DNA of 41,800 bases from a virus. Its lineage: Duplodnaviria; Caudoviricetes. This document shows positions 36,405 through 41,800 of the stretch, piece by piece. Under the pieces are notes generated by a model. The model was not told the origin of the DNA. It saw only the letters and a program-made list of their open reading frames with translations, and did no database searches. Position 1 is the stretch's first letter. Each line of letters begins with the position of its first letter. A program made the translations under genes and the position numbers. The DNA is taken from positions 1 through 41,800 of IMG/VR virus record IMGVR_UViG_3300020044_005319, one strand, 5' to 3'.

Positions 36405-37249
36405 CATTTACCGTCCGGGTACATGATCTTGAACAGCTTGTTTTCCTTTTCCTGGGCCATCTTGTGGCCGGGGTGACTCTTGTCCCGCAGCGCAGCAATA
36501 TGATTCGGGTCGCTGCGCGCGGTTGCCAGCTGGGACTTGGCTTCGTCCGGAGTCAGGGTGTTGCCAAAGTCGGTGTTCTTGTTCGGCGTCACCAGCGTGT
36601 CTTCACCCAGCTTGCCGCCGATCTCGGCCAGCAACTTGTAGGTGCCGGCGTAGCCAACCGACTTTTCGATGGCGTCAATCAGTTCCGGCGTGAAGCCCAG
36701 AGTCGTGGCGGCGGTCTTGGCCCGGTTCATCATTCGGTCATGCCCGCCCTTCCATTCGTCCAGCAGGGATTGCTTGTCGGCTTGGACGTTCAGTTCGTAG
36801 TCCTTGGCCGCCTGCTCCCGCGCCGCCGTCTGCATGGTGTTCCATTCCGCCACCAGCGTCTTGGCCTGGCTGTCCGTCACGTTTGACTTGTGCAGGATGC
36901 TCTGCATGGTCTTGGCAAAGCCTTCGTCCGCTTTGGTGCCTTTGGGCAAGCCAACGGTCATGTCGTACTTGTCCGGCGACTCAGGCAGGCCCAGCTTCTG
37001 GAACACGGACTTGACACCTTCCGGATCATCCAGACGCGGGATGGGGATCAGCGTGGACGGGTCACGCCCGATCAGCTTCTCCACGCCCTGGTAGGACTTG
37101 ATGACGTCCTGCGGGCTTTGCCAACCTTTGTTGGCGACGTAGGCCGCGGCGTCCGTGTCGGTGATGCCGTGCCACGGGGCGGCAGCGGCGGGGTCAGGCG
37201 CGGGCGCCGGTGCAGGATTCGGGGCGGGTGCGGGGTTCGGGTCAGTCAT
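36404..37249 (-). CDS. Capsid scaffolding protein
   Basis: Pro/Ala N-terminus; KLGLPESPDKY, L.EWKG, SHPGH; upstream of the MCP. Confidence 0.85.
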   Translation of the reverse strand: MTDPNPAPAPNPAPAPAPDPAAAAPWHGITDTDAAAYVANKGWQSPQDVIKSYQGVEKLIGRDPSTLIPIPRLDDPEGVKSVFQKLGLPESPDKYDMTVGLPKGTKADEGFAKTMQSILHKSNVTDSQAKTLVAEWNTMQTAAREQAAKDYELNVQADKQSLLDEWKGGHDRMMNRAKTAATTLGFTPELIDAIEKSVGYAGTYKLLAEIGGKLGEDTLVTPNKNTDFGNTLTPDEAKSQLATARSDPNHIAALRDKSHPGHKMAQEKENKLFKIMYPDGK

Positions 37250-38238
37250 AGTCCAAGCTCCTTCAGTCCATTGATAAAGTCGTCACAGTGTAGCTGCTCC
37301 ATGCACTTGGAATCGCCATACGGACAATTCCGGAAATCGTGTCTGCTCATGCGCCACTTTGACTGGCAGCCGGTACACTCCAAGTCGCGCGGGCCGACGT
37401 AACGAATCTTGTAACTCGGATCGCCGTTGCGGGCGATGAACCGATGCTGCGGGATCGTCGCCCCCATGGCGTAGATGATGTTGGTGTCGGTAGTCCCGGC
37501 CAGGTGCAGGGTGCCGCCATCAACGCCGACCACCGCGTCCGCATGGCCCAGCAGGTCACGCAATTCCAGTAGCGTCGTCTTCTCCCGCAGGTCAACGCAC
37601 TCTATCCGCAAAGACGGCGGCAGTCTGTCAACTTCGTCAATGATCGTGATCGGCGTCAACACCCCGCCAGCTTCGGCCTTGGTGTGGCTGGTCTTGGTGC
37701 CGACCAGCACAGGCACGTAGCCTTGCTCATTGACCCATTTGATGATCGGCGCCATAACGCTGGCGCGGAACAGTTTGTTTTCTGACGTGCTGCCAACCGG
37801 GAAGACAACGTACGGCTCGTCAAACCGGCGCGGCCCTAGCGGCGCCTTTGTCGGATAGCTGCGCTCCAGCAACCCTTCCGGGCGCGCGTCCAGCAGGCAG
37901 CCGAAAGCGTAATCAACCATGTGGACACGGTTGCGCGTGTGCGTGTTGAACGGCATCTGGTTCAGCGCCGTGTGGCCAAGATTGCGTTCTTCCCGCTCGG
38001 CCTTGGTCTTGGGGAAGTCTTCAAAATTGCGGATCTCAAATTCGCCGTAGGGCTTCAGCAAGTGCTCGAGCAGTTCGTGCTGCCATGACGGCCCCCACAC
38101 GCGAATGACGGAAAACGGGTCCGCCTTGCGCCCGGCGATCACCGCCGGCAGCGAACAGATCACGTCACCCAGCGCGCCGTGGTTCAGCACGAAGTTCATC
38201 GGCAGCCCGTCGCCAATCATTTTGCCGTCACGATACAT
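37246..38238 (-). CDS. GT-B glycosyltransferase, family 9 (heptosyltransferase-like)
   Basis: GALGDVICSLP, PYVVFPVGS..K, DLREKTTLLEL..LL..ADAVVGVDGGTLHLAG, C..C...C...CM. Confidence 0.85.
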   Translation of the reverse strand: MYRDGKMIGDGLPMNFVLNHGALGDVICSLPAVIAGRKADPFSVIRVWGPSWQHELLEHLLKPYGEFEIRNFEDFPKTKAEREERNLGHTALNQMPFNTHTRNRVHMVDYAFGCLLDARPEGLLERSYPTKAPLGPRRFDEPYVVFPVGSTSENKLFRASVMAPIIKWVNEQGYVPVLVGTKTSHTKAEAGGVLTPITIIDEVDRLPPSLRIECVDLREKTTLLELRDLLGHADAVVGVDGGTLHLAGTTDTNIIYAMGATIPQHRFIARNGDPSYKIRYVGPRDLECTGCQSKWRMSRHDFRNCPYGDSKCMEQLHCDDFINGLKELGL

Positions 38239-38515
38239 TCGTGTCTCCGCTCGGTCGTCCAGAGTAAAGTTGCCACAGTTCGTCAGGCGTCAGGTTCAGA
38301 TGGTTCTGCACCCGCAGCCACACTTCACGACGCCCTTCCGCCATGGCGTGCGCGCGGTCGTCCAGATGGAACGTGGATTCATGCGCGCGGCAGAACCGCG
38401 CCAGGTCGCGCAGCACTTCTTCCCCCAGCGGCGAACGGAACGTGACGTTGTAAGCGTGGCGGCGGCGCATCAACACTCGCCGCACCTGCTCCCACCAATC
38501 GGTCAGGACTTGCAT
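38228..38515 (-). CDS. Bbp19-like head-module protein
   Basis: Y..TF.SP.GEEVLRDLARFC...AEGRREVWLRV; start placed at ATG 38515. Confidence 0.75.
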   Translation of the reverse strand: MQVLTDWWEQVRRVLMRRRHAYNVTFRSPLGEEVLRDLARFCRAHESTFHLDDRAHAMAEGRREVWLRVQNHLNLTPDELWQLYSGRPSGDTNVS

Positions 38516-39042
38516 ACGACCATGGTTGTTTCCCACTCCTTGATGATGTTGCGGCAATGCCGGGCTTTGTATTCCAAGTCCGGGTCGCTGCCGTCCACGG
38601 CCGGGTCAAACGTGTATCGCACCGGCCCCATATCAAAGTCTATATTAAAGTATTTCCAGAACGGTGTCAACTGGTGCCCGTGCTTGGCCAGCATCTCGGC
38701 GTACTTCTTGGAAAACATCGCCAGCGTGCCGGGCAGGATGGCGTGCTGGTGGGTCGGGTCTTGCAGGAAAATGTCGTGGCTCGGGTGCGGCAGCGTGATG
38801 TGGACGCGGGCACCGTCCACGCAGACGCGGTGCAGCTCCCGCATGAAGTGGAAGAACGGCTCGACCGGTGCGATGTGCTCAATGACGTGCGATGCCTCTA
38901 CGGCTTCGACGGAGTTGTCATCCCACGGCCAGCGGTCGGTGTCCAGCCGGACAACAACGTCCGGGTCTTCCATTGGCTGGGCATCGACGTTGACGAAGCC
39001 GGGCAGCTTCTTGCTGCCGCATCCAAGGTTAAGTTTTATCAA
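38503..39042 (-). CDS. Class I SAM-dependent methyltransferase (Methyltransf_11 type)
   Basis: KLNLGCG, VNVD, PWDDNSVE, SHVIEHI, ELHRVCVDGA; its TTG start overlaps the portal TGA. Confidence 0.85.
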   Translation of the reverse strand: MIKLNLGCGSKKLPGFVNVDAQPMEDPDVVVRLDTDRWPWDDNSVEAVEASHVIEHIAPVEPFFHFMRELHRVCVDGARVHITLPHPSHDIFLQDPTHQHAILPGTLAMFSKKYAEMLAKHGHQLTPFWKYFNIDFDMGPVRYTFDPAVDGSDPDLEYKARHCRNIIKEWETTMVVCKS

Positions 39043-40682
39043 GCAGCGGGTGCTGACTTCATCAGGCCGGCGACGGCGGGGGCGGCTTCAATCATCTGTT
39101 GCGTTTGCGCCTGCTGCGCGCGGCCCGCACGCATGGCTTCTACATCCTGCATCGAACGGGTCCACGCTGTCGGCGCACCCTGGATGTCCAGAATCTCCGG
39201 CATGGCGGTGTCGAAGTTGAAGAAATCAAGGGGCGACGGGTCGCCGGTGTTCTTGGCGTAGTTCGCGGCCACGTCCAGCGCCCGCATGAAGCCGGCGGCT
39301 TTCTCCGACCGCTGCATCCGCGACATCGGGCTGTCGTATTCGATGAAGTATTCTGCCGCCTCGGTGTTGCGCAGGATCGACGGCATCTCCGGCACCAGCC
39401 CTTGCTGGAACAGGAGATCAAGTTCACGTTCGATCAGACGGCCAAGGAACTCGGCTTGCAGGCGGCCAGCGGTCGGGGCAATCAACATCCCCTTCTCCCG
39501 CGCCCGCTCCAACACTTCGGTCGCCGTCATTTGCGGCGTGTCAATCAGAATCTGGAACAGCGTGATCAGGAAGGCGTCATTGATGACATCCTTCTCCATC
39601 TGCATCATCTTGTCGCCCACGGCGATGTTGCCGGTCGGCAGTACGTCCACCATCCGCTTGCCGTCTTTGTTCAGCCCGCCGGCGTTCAGTGCGCCGGGCT
39701 TCAGGCTAAAAGAGCCGAGGTTGCCATCGTCATGCGCCAGCAGCACCGGATCAACAACACGGTGGCCCTGCTTCAGCACAGTCTTCTTCTGTTCGTTCAG
39801 CACTTTGATGGCTGGCAGCACCCACTGTGCCGGACCGCGGCCGTAAATCTCGCCGGACACCTGGGTGTAGCGGGCCACCGGCAGCGGGAAGCTGTTGTAG
39901 CCGGACTCCCGGATTTCATCCTGGTTCTGGACGAAGATATACAGGGACGCATACCGCATCCCCTTCGGGTCAACCCGGCGCGGGTCAAAGTCGTTGCGCG
40001 GGTAGACGCAGTGCAGGACTTCAAATTTCTTTTCGGCCTGCTGCGGATTCTTGATGGCCTCGGTCACGGCCTCCGGCACTTTGTCGCCGGCGTTGTTGAA
40101 CTGCTGCGCAATCTGGCGCGCGGTCATGTACCACGAACGGTAGAACGTGTCCACGATGCCGGCGTGGTTCTCGACGAAGTAGACTTCGCCCAAGTGGAAG
40201 TTCCGGTAGCGTAAGCCTCGGCTGCCGTCTTCCGGCTTGTCCACGTAGAGTGAACCGTTACCGTAGGTGCCCAGCCCCATGTATGTCTGCTGGCTGTTGC
40301 CCACGAAGTTGGCCATGGGGCGATAGCGATGGTTGAACAGGATTTCGTTCAGGTCATCAAAGAACAGGCGCACGGCGCGGTTGCGTTTCAACATTTTGTC
40401 CGCCGGCACCAGACGGTGCCACACGGATGCCTGCGGCGTGGCCAGTGATTCGATCACGCTGGCGAACCGTTGCGCGGCAACACCAACGGACGAGTCGTAT
40501 TGCAGTTCGGTTTTCTTTTGGCCCTGTGCGCCGAAGGCGTTGTCAGACCCGCGGCCCTGGAAAGAGTTGCGGTGCGCCGGGATGATCAGCGACGCCGCTT
40601 CTTCCCATTGCGTGTCGAAGTTGGCCCGGTCAGACCGGAGTTGTCCCAGCTTCTGGATGTGGAACTGCGTCTTCTCGCTCAA
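39039..40682 (-). CDS. Portal (head-tail connector)
   Basis: R.NFDTQWEE, GIVDTFYR, ESGYNSFP..VARY, EIYGRGP, MTATEVLERAREK. Confidence 0.93.
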   Translation of the reverse strand: MSEKTQFHIQKLGQLRSDRANFDTQWEEAASLIIPAHRNSFQGRGSDNAFGAQGQKKTELQYDSSVGVAAQRFASVIESLATPQASVWHRLVPADKMLKRNRAVRLFFDDLNEILFNHRYRPMANFVGNSQQTYMGLGTYGNGSLYVDKPEDGSRGLRYRNFHLGEVYFVENHAGIVDTFYRSWYMTARQIAQQFNNAGDKVPEAVTEAIKNPQQAEKKFEVLHCVYPRNDFDPRRVDPKGMRYASLYIFVQNQDEIRESGYNSFPLPVARYTQVSGEIYGRGPAQWVLPAIKVLNEQKKTVLKQGHRVVDPVLLAHDDGNLGSFSLKPGALNAGGLNKDGKRMVDVLPTGNIAVGDKMMQMEKDVINDAFLITLFQILIDTPQMTATEVLERAREKGMLIAPTAGRLQAEFLGRLIERELDLLFQQGLVPEMPSILRNTEAAEYFIEYDSPMSRMQRSEKAAGFMRALDVAANYAKNTGDPSPLDFFNFDTAMPEILDIQGAPTAWTRSMQDVEAMRAGRAQQAQTQQMIEAAPAVAGLMKSAPAA

Positions 40683-40912
40683 CCGAGCATCTCCGAAGAC
40701 GCGCGCTTACGCATCAACCCGCGCTCGGCTTGCATGGTCGTGGCCAGTTCGCCGCCAGCGGCGATAGTGCCTGCACGGCCCGCGCCCTTGCGCTCGGCCA
40801 ATGCCGCCCGCTCGGCGTCAAGACGCTGCTGCTCCGCTGCCGGATCAGCCATCGGATTTGCCGGCACCGGCTGGGGTGCGGGCATGGAAGGTTTGCCAAG
40901 GATGCCGCTCAT
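40679..40912 (-). CDS. Small pre-portal virion protein
   Basis: AGGAG SD; K.P.P...GRAGTI...LG C-terminus, typical of the gene preceding podovirus portals. Confidence 0.7.
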   Translation of the reverse strand: MSGILGKPSMPAPQPVPANPMADPAAEQQRLDAERAALAERKGAGRAGTIAAGGELATTMQAERGLMRKRASSEMLG

Positions 40913-40933
40913 TACGTGATCTCCTGTGCTTCC

Positions 40934-40943
40934 ATCATATCAC
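40934..40943 (-). promoter_or_regulatory. Extended -10 promoter for the head operon
   Basis: GTG-A-TATGAT, where the TGA is the terL stop. Confidence 0.45.
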
Positions 40944-41780
40944 GACTCACCCATCCAGGTTGATACCCCTTCCACGACCCGCGACGTGCTACCCCGCTGG
41001 TCATCACGCCGCGGCGGATTGACTTCAAAGGTGCAGGCTAGGGCGTCCGCATCGTCGGGCGATTTAACCCCACGGCTTTGCAGGTCTTCTTTGGTTTCCA
41101 GAATCTTTTTGTTTTCCTCCCGCCCGCTCCACTTCCAGCCCCGGTCGGTCAGCTGGTGGGACAGCGAACCCTTCTCCCCGCCATCCTTTTCGACCATGCC
41201 GCCCGGCAGCCAGTCTCGCATCTGCCCCCAGAGTTCCGCCGCGTGGGTGGCAAACTCGCCATCCTTGATGTGGGGCGACGACCCGAACTTGACTTCATGC
41301 AGCTTGTGCCGGATCCGGGTGTTGCGTTTGAGGATGTCGATCACGCCGGTGCCCATGCCGAAGTCGATGCAGATGGCGTCCGGGTTGTACTTCATGTCCA
41401 GCTTGACGATCTCGGCGGCGATCTGCACGTTGTCCTGCGCGTGCCAGGCACCCTTTGTTGCAGTTCCGCAACCGTCCCGCGCATTGCGTCCCTGCCGAAA
41501 CCGCCATGAGGTCTTGCCCCGCGGCGCCGGGTCAACGCCAAGGATCAACGGTTCGCCGTAATCCTGCGCCAGTGAGTTCTGCTGCGCCGCACGAACCGCG
41601 TCCCACGGGATGAACTGGTCTTCGGATGTCTGCGGTGGCAGGCCCATGATCTCGACCCGCACGAAGTCGGAGTCGATGCCGTAGCGTTTGATCTGGTCTT
41701 CCACGACGCTCTGGTCAACGCCCTCCATGCCACGGGTGGACAGGGTGCGCACGTCCCAGCCATCCCCCCTCTGCTCGTCG
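40940..41780 (-). CDS. terL: Terminase large subunit, C-terminal nuclease part (partial)
   Basis: YGIDSDFVRVEIMG.P, LILGVDPA, ICIDFGMG, LETKEDLQSRGVKSPDDADALA. Complements the ATPase half at 1-703; in-frame stops occur in the last ~20 nt of the window. Confidence 0.9.
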
Positions 41781-41800
41781 CGTCACCGTTACAAGCCCCG

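Noticed and set aside
1-41800. Integrase, repressor, tRNA, rRNA or IS elements
   Set aside because: No recombinase or transposase motifs, clear CI-like protein or cloverleaf was recognised by eye; small divergent ones could have been missed.

Overview
The window is a near-complete ~42 kb dsDNA podovirus-type phage genome with APSE/BPP-1-like architecture. A high-GC proteobacterial host, probably a betaproteobacterium, is inferred. Both edges fall inside the large terminase gene, so the contig looks circularly permuted, but the two ends do not join in frame. The + strand (2.0-17.4 kb) carries small early genes, a RuvC-like resolvase, a dATP/dGTP diphosphohydrolase-like protein, a metallophosphoesterase, an SNF2 helicase, a Cas4-like exonuclease, SSB, a C5 DNA methyltransferase, a family A DNA polymerase and a primase-polymerase/AAA helicase. 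The - strand carries terS/terL, portal, scaffold, major capsid, tail adaptor and nozzle, ejection proteins, tailspike and lysis genes. No integrase, repressor, reverse transcriptase, tRNA or CRISPR array was recognised. The most notable observations are: (1) a SAM methyltransferase and a GT9-like glycosyltransferase translationally coupled inside the portal-scaffold operon, a candidate virion-glycosylation system; (2) a C5 methyltransferase split over two nested reading frames, with several TRD-like modules in the second frame; (3) a dif-like XerC/D site, IHF boxes and inverted heptamer arrays around terS in a genome with no visible integrase; (4) a 1-kb cluster of a co-oriented CGGTAATCGC motif around two sigma70 promoters; (5) a small lipoprotein with a complete metzincin motif. 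All functional calls come from reading motifs by eye, not from database searches.
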